Below are positions 48,077 to 57,286 of a stretch of 64,000 bases of DNA, one piece after another. This stretch comes from a virus, in the IMG/VR virus record IMGVR_UViG_3300021180_000006, positions 22,799 to 86,798 of that record; one strand, 5' to 3'. Positions within the stretch are counted from its first letter, which is position 1; every line of letters starts with the position of its first letter. Made by a program: the position numbers and the translations under genes. The notes under the pieces are model-generated. The model searched no databases, was not told the origin of the DNA, and was given only the letters and a program-made list of their open reading frames with translations.

Positions 48077-48155
48077 TCACTTGTCACTTGTCACTGGTCA
48101 CTTGTTGGGCGCGCGCCCTCTGGCAAGTGACCAATGACAAATGACCCATGACCAA
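48077..48155. repeat. Inverted heptamer array
   Basis: GTCACTT repeats vs AATGAC repeats around a GGGCGCGCG core. Confidence 0.85.
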
Positions 48156-48158
48156 TAA

Positions 48159-48518
48159 TCAGGCGTTGAGGATCAGGGCCGCCGTGGTGGCGGCGGAGTT
48201 GAACACGCCGTAGGACCGGCCGCAGCGGGTGTTGGTCCCCGAGGTGCCGGTAAGCCACAGATTGAACGGGTCCCAGTAGAGGATCTGCCCGTCCGTGAAG
48301 GCTTCGCCGACTCTTTTGGCGATGGGGGAGACGACGCGCTCGTCGCCGCCGCCGATGGCCAGCTCGCCCGAGGCCCCGATAGCGATCGAGGTAATGGCGA
48401 TGCCGACAAAGCCGGTGGTGGGACCGGGGGAGAGGATCTGGAGCTGGCTGCTCGCGATCGCCACCCCGGTGTTGTTGGTGTAGGTGTAACGATTGCCACG
48501 TTTGAATCCGACGATCAT
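48159..48518 (-). CDS. DUF2190 capsid cement/decoration protein
   Basis: GIA...IA.GA.G.L, K..GEAF..G..LYWD; follows the capsid gene. Confidence 0.85.
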   Translation of the reverse strand: MIVGFKRGNRYTYTNNTGVAIASSQLQILSPGPTTGFVGIAITSIAIGASGELAIGGGDERVVSPIAKRVGEAFTDGQILYWDPFNLWLTGTSGTNTRCGRSYGVFNSAATTAALILNA

Positions 48519-48560
48519 GACTGTTTCTCGCTTTTTGTGTTTGAGGGAAAGAGGAGGGGA

Positions 48561-48633
48561 GTCACTGGTCACTTGTCATTGGTCACTTGGAATGACCGCT
48601 GACCAATGACAAATGACAAGTGACAAATGACCG
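48561..48633. repeat. Inverted heptamer array
   Basis: Hairpin directly 3' of the capsid gene. Confidence 0.85.
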
Positions 48634-48635
48634 CT

Positions 48636-50429
48636 TTAATGCCCGGCGTTCTTGTAGACGCCGCGGAAGTCGATGGCCTTTCCGGCAACCGTATGGCGCA
48701 CCAGGTATTTCACGTCCTCGGTGTCGAAGTCGGTCTCCTGGCGGATGACGGGCTCGGGCTCGTCGGTCAGGAAGCTGAGTTCGATGGTGTTGACCTGTCC
48801 GTCGCGGAAATCGGCCACCAGGAACCAGGCTTGCGTGTCGGCATCGTCCAGACGGACGCTCCCGACCACCTGGTAGCGGTTGTTGTAGGGGTTGAAATCG
48901 CCCACCGTCTGCGGCACCGCAGCCGACGACGACTGGCTGGCGATCAGGGTCCGGGAACCGATCAGTTCCTTGGTCTGCTCCTCGATCGAGGAGGGGACCA
49001 GGAGGAACTTGGGCTCCAATTCAAGGCGGGCCGCACCGGCCAGACCTTTCTGCTTCTTCATCGCCGTCGAGCCGATTTGAAGCTGGAGCACGCTGGGCAC
49101 GCCGCCCGAACCGGCGGTGGTGAGGTTGCTGTGGGCGGCGGAGAAGATGGCGTTGCCGTCGGCCATGTTGGCGTTGCCGGTGATGACGGCGTAGGCCACG
49201 TCGTCTTCCTTACGGGCGGCGGAATTGGCCTGCGCCCTGGGAATTGCGCTAAAAGCATCCAAGTCGTCGTTAATGATGGCGTTGCGCGTTAAACGGACAC
49301 CAGCTTTGTACGTGACCAGCACGTAGGTCTCTTTCGAGTCCTGGAGCTGGACGTACTGCATTTCGCCGGCTTCGTTGGCCGCGACCATGTTCGGGGCTTC
49401 CGACAGGACAACCCGATTGATGTTCTTGAAGTCCGGGTTGAAGCGCTTCTCCGCCCAGGCGGGCCAGGTCCGCTTGGCGTCCAGATAGTTGAAGCGCAAA
49501 CTTTTGTTGATCGCGTCGAGCGTGATGTTGCCGAAATCCGGGGTGGATTCCGCCAACGCCGCCATGCGCGGGAAGGCTTGCCGCATGCGGCGCGGGCCCA
49601 GGCAATCGGCCAGGCGGGTCTTGGAGTAGCCGTAGACCTCGGTGAATCCAAGGGACGCCAGGTAATGCCGGAACATGTCGAGCATGGACAGCTCGCGCAG
49701 TTCCTTGGCCCGATCGAGGATCTTGCCCTCGTATTTGATGATCTGCTCGGCCGCCAGTCCGGCGCGGAGCACGATGGCCTGCGGCATGGCGGCGCGCAGG
49801 CTGGCGAGGTTCTTGTCCTCGCCCACCTTCACGCTCAGGAGCGGCTTGGCCGACTCGTGCACGTAGCGCAGGATGGCCATCCGGGCCTGCTCGAAGGTGC
49901 CGTTTTCCGCGATCACCGTATTGGCATAGGCATCGGGAACGGCGTGCAGGGCGGCCAGTTTGCGGATGCGGGCCACTCTTTTTGCCTCGAAATCCAATGC
50001 CGCGTTGTCGTTGTCGGCATCGTCCAGCTTGGCGGCGACACCGCCGGCCGCCGGCGCTTGCATGCGCTGGCCCTGGGGGAGTTTGGCGCCGGTGGCGGCG
50101 CCCAGTGCGGCGATCGCGGCCTCGGTGGCCAGCTTGATGATCTGCTCCTGGCTCATGCCGGTGGCGGGGACGGCCACGCCCTGGCCGGGCAATGCGCCAG
50201 CGGCGCCGGAATCGCCGGAGTTGCCGGCGACGGAGGGCTGGCCGGGAACGGGCGGGCCGGCGTGCAGGCCGGTATCGCCGCCGTCGCCGTCCATCATGCG
50301 CGCGAGCTTGGCGTCGATGTCGGCGCGTTTGTCGGCCGACAGGCCGTCGTAATAGGACTTGGCGTCATCATCTGAGGCATCGGCGTCGCAGCCGTTCGCC
50401 ACGAGAAGTGACTTGAGATGGGGGTGCAT
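48636..50429 (-). CDS. Major capsid protein with an N-terminal scaffold-like region
   Basis: ST.DF..I, DFK, TR.AIINDDLDAF, P.FLLVP, IDFRG.YKN; AAGGAG SD before the ATG at 50429. Confidence 0.92.
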   Translation of the reverse strand: MHPHLKSLLVANGCDADASDDDAKSYYDGLSADKRADIDAKLARMMDGDGGDTGLHAGPPVPGQPSVAGNSGDSGAAGALPGQGVAVPATGMSQEQIIKLATEAAIAALGAATGAKLPQGQRMQAPAAGGVAAKLDDADNDNAALDFEAKRVARIRKLAALHAVPDAYANTVIAENGTFEQARMAILRYVHESAKPLLSVKVGEDKNLASLRAAMPQAIVLRAGLAAEQIIKYEGKILDRAKELRELSMLDMFRHYLASLGFTEVYGYSKTRLADCLGPRRMRQAFPRMAALAESTPDFGNITLDAINKSLRFNYLDAKRTWPAWAEKRFNPDFKNINRVVLSEAPNMVAANEAGEMQYVQLQDSKETYVLVTYKAGVRLTRNAIINDDLDAFSAIPRAQANSAARKEDDVAYAVITGNANMADGNAIFSAAHSNLTTAGSGGVPSVLQLQIGSTAMKKQKGLAGAARLELEPKFLLVPSSIEEQTKELIGSRTLIASQSSSAAVPQTVGDFNPYNNRYQVVGSVRLDDADTQAWFLVADFRDGQVNTIELSFLTDEPEPVIRQETDFDTEDVKYLVRHTVAGKAIDFRGVYKNAGH

Positions 50430-50439
50430 ATGCACTCCT

Positions 50440-50890
50440 TCAAAAATGGAGAGGGAGAACGAACTGCGACCCGGCAACGCGCCGAGTCCATGCACCGCCG
50501 TTTTCAAGAGCTGGTGGGGGAGGTCACTCGTCATTGGTCACTGGTCATTTGTTTAGGGTTCCCATCCGCGATCAATCGCGGATGGGAGGCCCTTGGGCGC
50601 GCGGCCCTGGCAAGTGACCAGTGACAAGTGACAAATGACCAGGGGGTTAAAGCGTCGACCGGAGTTTCCTCCGATCGAGCGCTGAAAACGGCGGACGACT
50701 AACGCGCCCAAGCGTCCACCGTTCGTTTCACAAGGGAGCCAATTTAATTTACAGGAGGGATGGTCCCGGCCGGCTTCCACGGGCTCGTTATCACCGGCAG
50801 AATCGTTTCGATTCCGGCTGCACTGCTGGCCATTTAAGGCCCGACTTGCGTTGCATTTACGGGCTTTCACCGTCAGAACCACCATGTCCT
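50440..50890 (-). ncRNA. Candidate structured RNA / leader of the capsid gene
   Basis: Dense hairpins, several with GAAA-type loops; heptamer inverted array at 50522-50641; no credible ORF. Confidence 0.5.
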
Positions 50891-50891
50891 G

Positions 50892-52124
50892 TTATTTCCG
50901 CGGCGTGCTCTGCGCCTGCACGGGATCACCGGGCGAGGGCCAGATGCCGTTGGCGGCCATGGCGGTTTTACCCTTGGGCGTGGCCTCATACCCGGTCGAT
51001 CTTCCGCCGTGGGCCATCACCCGTTTGGCATAGCCGTTGTCCGCCAGCCATTCACAGCCCGCCCGCATCGCTTCCAAGCGTCCGTTGAATCGCGAGGCCA
51101 GAGAGCCCATGGTCTGCATGCCGTGCTTGACGATGTGGCCCAGATAAGCCCCGCGGGTGTCGTGAGGAAAGACGGGCGCCTCAGGCGGCGCTGCGGGCCG
51201 GGGCGGTCGGCCGGCGTCGGAGCTTGGAGGATCAGGGGTGCCGGCGGGGATGGGGGCCTTGGCTTTGTCGGCGGGCTTGGGCTCCTGCCAGCCGGAGGAG
51301 TTGGGTGCGCCCGAGGGCGGCTGAGGGTCGTAGAGGACGGCTGAGGCACTGAGCAGGCCGCGGGGGTTACTCGCTGGTTTGCCCACGAAATCCAGAGCCT
51401 CAAGCCCAACGGGGCGGGCGGGATTAGAAAGTATTGCGCCCCAATTGTCTAAGATCGGTTCGACGGTGTACGGGAAAAAAGCGCTAAGCCCAATTCCGGC
51501 CGCGTCCTCGTTGGCGAAATTCAGCAGGTAGCCGCGCACGTCGCCCATGCCCGGTACTGCACTCGCGTAATCGCCCAAAAACACGTCCCCTCTCCCCTGC
51601 GCCACCGGTTTGCCATCCTGCATCACCGTCGCGATCCTGCCATTCTTGATCCGTCCCACCATGGTCCCGGTGTCGTCCGCCACTTCCTGAATCACGTTGC
51701 CTTCGGGGTCGGTGGAGGTCTTGACGTTGGGATGGCGGAACCGGCACTTGATCCCATCGGCGGAAGCGTTGACCAGGGCGACGATTTGCTCGACGGTGGT
51801 TTTGTCGATGTCGAAGGGCTTGCCCAGGGCGATGCCTTCGGTGATGAGCGCGACGTTCTTGATGATCCCGTTGTCGAAATCGACGGAGACGCCGGAATCG
51901 GAATACGCAGTCGGAGCGCGGAGAGCGGCGAAGGGGCCTTTGAGCGCGGCGGCATTGGCGGCGGCCGCTGCGGGCTTGGCCTTTTTCTTGTTGTGCTTGC
52001 GGAACATCGAATACGCGATAGCCGCGGCCTGGGCCTGGTCCTTGGCGGTGCCATCTTTCAAGAGGATAGGGATTGCCCGAGCCACGAAGGATTTCTCAGA
52101 CTCTCCGGGATTTACGTCTGGCAC
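50892..52124 (-). CDS. Putative prohead protease / head maturation protein
   Basis: Directly upstream of the capsid gene; KCRFRHP, GLS and DFV..PA.N motifs. Confidence 0.7.
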   Translation of the reverse strand: MPDVNPGESEKSFVARAIPILLKDGTAKDQAQAAAIAYSMFRKHNKKKAKPAAAAANAAALKGPFAALRAPTAYSDSGVSVDFDNGIIKNVALITEGIALGKPFDIDKTTVEQIVALVNASADGIKCRFRHPNVKTSTDPEGNVIQEVADDTGTMVGRIKNGRIATVMQDGKPVAQGRGDVFLGDYASAVPGMGDVRGYLLNFANEDAAGIGLSAFFPYTVEPILDNWGAILSNPARPVGLEALDFVGKPASNPRGLLSASAVLYDPQPPSGAPNSSGWQEPKPADKAKAPIPAGTPDPPSSDAGRPPRPAAPPEAPVFPHDTRGAYLGHIVKHGMQTMGSLASRFNGRLEAMRAGCEWLADNGYAKRVMAHGGRSTGYEATPKGKTAMAANGIWPSPGDPVQAQSTPRK

Positions 52125-52143
52125 AGCGAGTTTTCCTTGAAAA

Positions 52144-52247
52144 AGTTGTTAGAATGGCGGCGTCAGTCGCCAGGTTCACGATCCACAATTCACGCCGTCC
52201 CTCGCCGCGAGAAGTCTTTCTGGCGATTGACCTCGCGCGGGGGCGGC
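52144..52247 (+). promoter_or_regulatory. Extended -10 promoter plus conserved structured leader, homologous to 28936-29045
   Basis: TGtTAGAAT; 52162-52173 pairs with 52220-52231 inside the cgcgag/ctcgcg stem. Confidence 0.75.
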
Positions 52248-52273
52248 GCTGCGCCGGACAGGAAGAAAACAAA

Positions 52274-53166
52274 TTGAAGCCCCTCATCAAACTTGGCGAT
52301 CATTTCGGGCGCTTGACCGTCGCGGAATCTCTCGGCTCCAAGCTCATGAACGGCAAACGGCGCAGTCTGTGGCGTTGCACTTGCGAATGCGGTGGAGAAG
52401 CGACGACCATCACGGCATCTCTGAGAAACGGAACAACGCGGAGTTGCGGATGCCTGCGTGGTTCAGCCCATTTCAAACGGGCGACGAATCAAAATGACGA
52501 GGTGCTTCCGACGAAGGATTTGCGCGGCAAGGTCTTCGGGCGACTTCGGGTCATGAAGTTCGATGGCTATCGAAGATTTAAAGGGGGCCAAAATAGACCA
52601 AACGGCGCTTCGCGCGGAATGTGGCTCTGTCAATGCGAATGTGGAAACACCACGATTGTCGAAACGTCGTCGCTGACCACGGGGAACGCTAAAAGCTGCG
52701 GATGCCTCCAGCGCCATCGGGCTTCGGAAGCCAAAACGGGGACGATTCCCAAATCCCGCCTGCGTCTCGGCGAATCGGAAATGCGAAGAACCTTCCGAAA
52801 CTGCCGTCGCACCGCCTTAAAGAAGGGCTTTGCATTCGAGTTGGACGTAGAAACGTTTCACCGGATCACACGGTCGAATTGTCATTACTGTGGCGCGGAA
52901 CCCGCTGGCTTTAGTAAAACCGGAAGGGCTTTCGGACCTTACGTCCACAACGGCATCGATCGCGTGAACAATAATCTCGGCTATCTCATGTCCAATTGCG
53001 TCCGGCCAAACGTCACATGGATGTCTCCACTTTTCTACGCTGGGCGCGGGCCGTCACGATGAACATGGACCGTAAGCGGCACGAATGCCCCGGCCAACTT
53101 AGTCTATTCGAGCCTGTTGCGCAGTCGGTTCAGACCAGCAGCGCCGTCAATTCCTCGTCATCCTGA
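52274..53166 (+). pseudogene. HNH homing endonuclease-like gene with a frameshifting deletion near 53003
   Basis: Two FGRL.V..W.C.C.CG..SCGC repeats; CHYCG; NGIDRVNN..GY...NCV, then AKRHM...FLRW continues in another frame. Confidence 0.75.
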
Positions 53167-53224
53167 TAGCGCCGGGCCAGCAGCGGATCGGCCTCGAAGC
53201 TGCGGGCGGACAGATCGAGCGGGC

Positions 53225-53689
53225 TCAGACCAGCAACAGCAGCTCGTCCTCGCGTTTGAGTCGGGCGATGCGGTCCTCGAAGGAAGTGTCACCGTGCAGA
53301 GCCAGCGCCATTCTCAATCGTGCCGAGCGCCCGAAGGTCCGGGCTCCAGTGATCTGGACCGAGCGTCCGCCGAAGTTGAAGCGCAAGAGCGAAGGCGTGG
53401 CATCGGCGAAATGATCCTGCCGGGGCGATTGCGAACTGGCGGCGGCGCGGAGGGTGAAGGCCAGACGCCCGAGGATGCCGGTATCGTTCTGCTCGGGCTC
53501 CTCGTACCAGCCACCCAGCGCTCCCCCGCCAGCTTGAGGGCGAATTACCGGGACGATGACGGTGACGGTGCCGACGCTGCCGGTGGCGCTGACGCCGCTG
53601 ACGACGACGGTGACATTGCCGCCGACGGAATAGCTGAGGGCGTATTCGCCGAAATACCCGCCGCCGAATGATTCGCTGCCGAAGGCCAT
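53225..53689 (-). CDS. Hypothetical protein
   Basis: MAFG...FG N-terminus; ends EDELLLLV. Confidence 0.6.
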   Translation of the reverse strand: MAFGSESFGGGYFGEYALSYSVGGNVTVVVSGVSATGSVGTVTVIVPVIRPQAGGGALGGWYEEPEQNDTGILGRLAFTLRAAASSQSPRQDHFADATPSLLRFNFGGRSVQITGARTFGRSARLRMALALHGDTSFEDRIARLKREDELLLLV

Positions 53690-53692
53690 TGC

Positions 53693-54010
53693 TCAGTAGC
53701 AGCTTTCAAAACGCGCGATCGGCGGACAGCGGCATTCACCGTCGCGACCGACTTGGCAACCCTCCAGATGGCGCTCGACGACGAGGAAGAATCCTTCGTC
53801 CTCATGCGCTCCCTCCAGCATCTCGGCCCCCAGCGCTTTCAGCTCAGATTGGATACGATTCAATTCGCGGTCTTTGGCGTGCAGCCGCATGAAGCCGCTT
53901 TGGCAGATGTCTTTGGCTTCCCCGGCCAGCCCGCGAATTCGCTCTGCCGCCGTCCCTTCGTGCTTTTCCGGAACGTATTTCAGAGAGCTTTCCCCCGTCC
54001 GAAAATCCAT
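53693..54010 (-). CDS. Hypothetical protein
   Basis: ORF on the operon strand. Confidence 0.45.
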   Translation of the reverse strand: MDFRTGESSLKYVPEKHEGTAAERIRGLAGEAKDICQSGFMRLHAKDRELNRIQSELKALGAEMLEGAHEDEGFFLVVERHLEGCQVGRDGECRCPPIARFESCY

Positions 54011-54369
54011 CTTGCCACGGCGATCAGGCTCACTTTGAACGCCGCCCAGCGCGTTGGCTCAAGTGTGTAGGTGTTCTGGGCCTTGATCGATTCATGGGCG
54101 ACAATGAAATTGTGCAGCAGTTGTTTGAGATTCTTCGGCCCGTCCGGCGTGTCGATCCAGGTATATTCGGGGACCGGCGTCGAGGTGCCATCGGGATGCA
54201 AGTTGACCGCATAGACACCAGCGCGGTGATAGCTCGAATAGGCCGCCGATGATGATGACATGCCGAAGCTCGCGCATTGAACGTCGTAGGGGCCGCTGCT
54301 CGTCCACTGAACGTCATAGGGGCGGCTACTCGCCATCGCAACGTCGTAGGGGCGGCTCGAAACCATCAC
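53980..54369 (-). CDS. Hypothetical protein with three 10-aa repeats
   Basis: SS(R/G)PYDV x3; 30-bp DNA repeats at about 54280-54360. Confidence 0.5.
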   Translation of the reverse strand: MMVSSRPYDVAMASSRPYDVQWTSSGPYDVQCASFGMSSSSAAYSSYHRAGVYAVNLHPDGTSTPVPEYTWIDTPDGPKNLKQLLHNFIVAHESIKAQNTYTLEPTRWAAFKVSLIAVARWIFGRGKAL

Positions 54370-54989
54370 GCCTTCCGGGTAAGAGTCGCGATCGTATCCA
54401 TCGCTGCCCCTTTGTAATTCGCCAACGCGAACTGCTGGTAGTCCTGGTTCCGCACGATCAGGTCCGGGCGCATCGAGTAGCCCCAGGTCGCATCGAAGTC
54501 GCAGTTGAACCCACCGGGAAGGACTTCGGCGTCGCTATGCGGGGCGTTGGCCCGGCGCCATTCGCGGTTCAAATAAAAATACCAGAATTCACTCAGGGGG
54601 GGCCACTGATGGGTTGGGTCTCCATAGGCGCGTTCACTGCACCAGTGCGGGGTGATGATCTGGCACTTGCCGCCGGGGACGAGAATCCGGTACAGCTCGT
54701 TGACGAAGCCGCAGCGCTGCATCGCCGTCAGGTGCTCCAGAAAATGACTGGCATGCGCTTCGGCGACCGAGGCGTCTTTCCACGGCCAGGGGATGATCGT
54801 CAGATCGACCACTTGATCCACGCCGACGAAGGGATGGCGATCGCATCCGGTGAAGCCCTCGCGCTTGTGGGGACCGCAGCCGAAGTCCAATTTGAGCAGC
54901 GGCGCAGCGGCGACGGCGGGAATCGCGGGCGCAATCGGCGGCGCAATACTTGGCGCAATCGGGGCCGGGCGGCGTTTGGATTTCACCAC
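54366..54989 (-). CDS. Class I SAM methyltransferase (Methyltransf_11-like)
   Basis: LDFGCG, SHFLEHL, E.YRILVPGG, DPTH. Confidence 0.9.
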   Translation of the reverse strand: MVKSKRRPAPIAPSIAPPIAPAIPAVAAAPLLKLDFGCGPHKREGFTGCDRHPFVGVDQVVDLTIIPWPWKDASVAEAHASHFLEHLTAMQRCGFVNELYRILVPGGKCQIITPHWCSERAYGDPTHQWPPLSEFWYFYLNREWRRANAPHSDAEVLPGGFNCDFDATWGYSMRPDLIVRNQDYQQFALANYKGAAMDTIATLTRKA

Positions 54990-55741
54990 ATCATGTCCGT
55001 GTTGGAATCAAAATGCCCGACGAGAACGCCGCAATCGACGGCGCATCTATACCCGTACTTCCGCGCTTCCCCCCAGAACGCCAGATCCTGGGTTCCGACA
55101 CCTTCCTTGCTCGCCAGCGTTTTGAACCACGGCCTGCGGAGACGAGCGTCTTTGAACATGGGCAAGCGCCAGAGCGCGAATCCCATCGATAATCCGCAGC
55201 ACTCGACCAGCTCGCCGGGGCGAGGCGGCTGGGGCCGGAAGTTCACCACCGGATCGTTCACGTCGCCCCAAATGTGCGGAGTCCCGACGCCGCCCGGCAG
55301 TCCGCCCCCTTCCCCCTTACACCAGTACAACCCGGAGATCGCCGCCAGTTCGGGATGCTCCTCCATCCGCGCCACCAGCTTCAAAACCCCATCTGACGGC
55401 GGGGCGTTATCGTGCTCCATCGTCAAGAGGTATTCCCACTGGCTCAGTTCCGGATGGGCCAGGATGTCTTCGATGGCCTTGGAATACGCCTGTCCGACTT
55501 CCTCTCCCAGCGCCAGGTGTCGATGCACGCCCTGATTCGGGGGAAAGATGAGGGAGCAGTGGGAGAGGTACACCCGTGAAGGAATCGATTCGGCCGCCGG
55601 GATGATGACCGCGATTCGCTGTTTCTTCCACGTCCCTCCGCGCAGGACACGCTGGGTCGAGGCCGCCAGATCGCCGTTGTGACGGCCGGCCTGGGCGGGG
55701 TCGATGGCATCGATGACGGCGTTTTGCAGGCGGGGTTTCAT
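54983..55741 (-). CDS. GT2-like glycosyltransferase
   Basis: LTMEHDN, MGFALW, TQDL.F, VGHFD. Confidence 0.8.
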   Translation of the reverse strand: MKPRLQNAVIDAIDPAQAGRHNGDLAASTQRVLRGGTWKKQRIAVIIPAAESIPSRVYLSHCSLIFPPNQGVHRHLALGEEVGQAYSKAIEDILAHPELSQWEYLLTMEHDNAPPSDGVLKLVARMEEHPELAAISGLYWCKGEGGGLPGGVGTPHIWGDVNDPVVNFRPQPPRPGELVECCGLSMGFALWRLPMFKDARLRRPWFKTLASKEGVGTQDLAFWGEARKYGYRCAVDCGVLVGHFDSNTDMMW

Positions 55742-56895
55742 CAGGGATGGGTGATGAGGAAGATCGTCGCGGTGCCTTTGGGTCCTCCGACTTTGACCAT
55801 TCCGAACGACCGATTCGGCCGCGTGCGGTACAGTTCCCAGCGCGTTTCCGGGGCATACATATGCTGGGCGAGGGCGAGACCCTGTGACATGATGGCCAAG
55901 GGATCAGCCAGGCCCGGCTGACCCGGATAGCCCACAGACCCAGAAAATCCGTAAAGACGATGATCCGAGATCAGACCCAGAAACGGCGACGACACTCCGT
56001 CATCATCGGACCCGATGAACTGATATACCGCGTTGATCGCAGCTTTTCCCGCATTCTGCGGCGATCCTACGTTGGCTTGACTTTTGGATATGCCGAACGG
56101 CTGTAGCTGGCCGCCGCCCTGGACATCGTTACCGCTGACCGGGCCGAGTTGGCCATCGACGAGGATCACTTGCCACGAATTGTTGTAGCCGCCCGATCCC
56201 GACGTAGAGAACGGCATGTAAAGACCACAGATCAGATGCCACTGGCCATCGTTGACTACTTGGCAGCTTTGCACTCCAAACGGAATAGCGCCGCCCTCGT
56301 TGTTGTCAAACATCGTGGCCGCAGCGTTGGCGGTGTTGACGCCGGAACCATCATAAATCTGCATGATAACGCCCATCGTGTGGCCGGGATAACCGGAGTT
56401 GTCGTTGCGATCGAAGGAATAGATATATGTGTCATGCGGCGTGTCACCAGCGGTGAAGGTGAGCGCTGAGTCGCTGGTGCGTATCCAAGCCGTCGCCATG
56501 TAGGCTTGGCCAAGCACGACGGTATCGGGGATTCCTCCGAAATCCACCGGGTCAACTGAGGTCGCAGATTGATAAGCGTAGGGCCGCGACTGAGATTGGC
56601 CAGAGAATATCCCCGCCATCCCCGCAGGATTGGGAATGCCAAACCAACACGTTCCCATCTGAGGATCGCCGGCGTGAAGCGTGTTCACACTCGGTGTCAT
56701 GTGCAGGCCATAAGGTCCGTAGTCCATCGCACACGGAGCCTTGGCCGCGTTGGACATCGGCTCCCAGATCGGCCACCAAGCGTACAGATTTTTCGCCTGG
56801 AAGCTGTCCTGATTTATGCCGACAAACTCGTCGCGGGAAGGGCGCTGATCCATCCCCTCTGAGAGGCCGACGAACTTTTTCATCAGCGGCGTCAT
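55741..56895 (-). CDS. LamG/concanavalin-like virion protein
   Basis: AWIRT, NDGQWH..G, VDGQ, F.G.ISD.RLY. Confidence 0.7.
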   Translation of the reverse strand: MTPLMKKFVGLSEGMDQRPSRDEFVGINQDSFQAKNLYAWWPIWEPMSNAAKAPCAMDYGPYGLHMTPSVNTLHAGDPQMGTCWFGIPNPAGMAGIFSGQSQSRPYAYQSATSVDPVDFGGIPDTVVLGQAYMATAWIRTSDSALTFTAGDTPHDTYIYSFDRNDNSGYPGHTMGVIMQIYDGSGVNTANAAATMFDNNEGGAIPFGVQSCQVVNDGQWHLICGLYMPFSTSGSGGYNNSWQVILVDGQLGPVSGNDVQGGGQLQPFGISKSQANVGSPQNAGKAAINAVYQFIGSDDDGVSSPFLGLISDHRLYGFSGSVGYPGQPGLADPLAIMSQGLALAQHMYAPETRWELYRTRPNRSFGMVKVGGPKGTATIFLITHP

Positions 56896-56899
56896 GTGG

Positions 56900-57286
56900 T
56901 TACTGGTTGATGATCGCGGTCGTGACTTCCTGAGTCTGAACCTGTACCGTCCACGTCGCAACTGACCCGCCACCGGACAACACTTGTACGGCGTACTGCC
57001 CTGTCTCAAGCCGAAGACTGACCTGCTGCAAACCGCCTGACTGGCGTGGCAATCCCAGAGGTTGAAGCGGCTGCGTATCGAAGGTGTTTCCGCCGTCTGT
57101 CGAGCGATAAGCGAAGACTTGCGGTCCGGCCGAAACGTTGGTGGGGAACTGAACGATGATCGGGATCTTGATCTGCCACGCCTGCGTGATGTTGACGGTG
57201 AATGTGAAGGACGAAGATTGCCCGATGCCGATGCCGGCTTGAATCGTCGCGGTCCAGGTTTCAACAGGTGTTGCGACGGTGCTCAT
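56900..57286 (-). CDS. Hypothetical beta-rich virion protein
   Basis: YRSTDGG.TFD; coupled ORF. Confidence 0.6.
   Translation of the reverse strand: MSTVATPVETWTATIQAGIGIGQSSSFTFTVNITQAWQIKIPIIVQFPTNVSAGPQVFAYRSTDGGNTFDTQPLQPLGLPRQSGGLQQVSLRLETGQYAVQVLSGGGSVATWTVQVQTQEVTTAIINQ

Noticed and set aside
25575-50641. Heptamer, decamer and 30-bp repeats as CRISPR arrays
   Set aside because: They are tandem units without unique spacers, and no cas genes are present
50641-50890. Group I/II intron, RNase P, tmRNA or hammerhead
   Set aside because: Only fragmentary resemblance (GGTGAAAGCCC, GGAGGAAAC); catalytic core consensus motifs were not found and the flanking genes are intact
43439-55535. Long plus-strand ORFs such as 43439-44773, 49578-50375 and 54249-55535
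   Set aside because: Antisense shadows of well-supported minus-strand genes in GC-rich DNA
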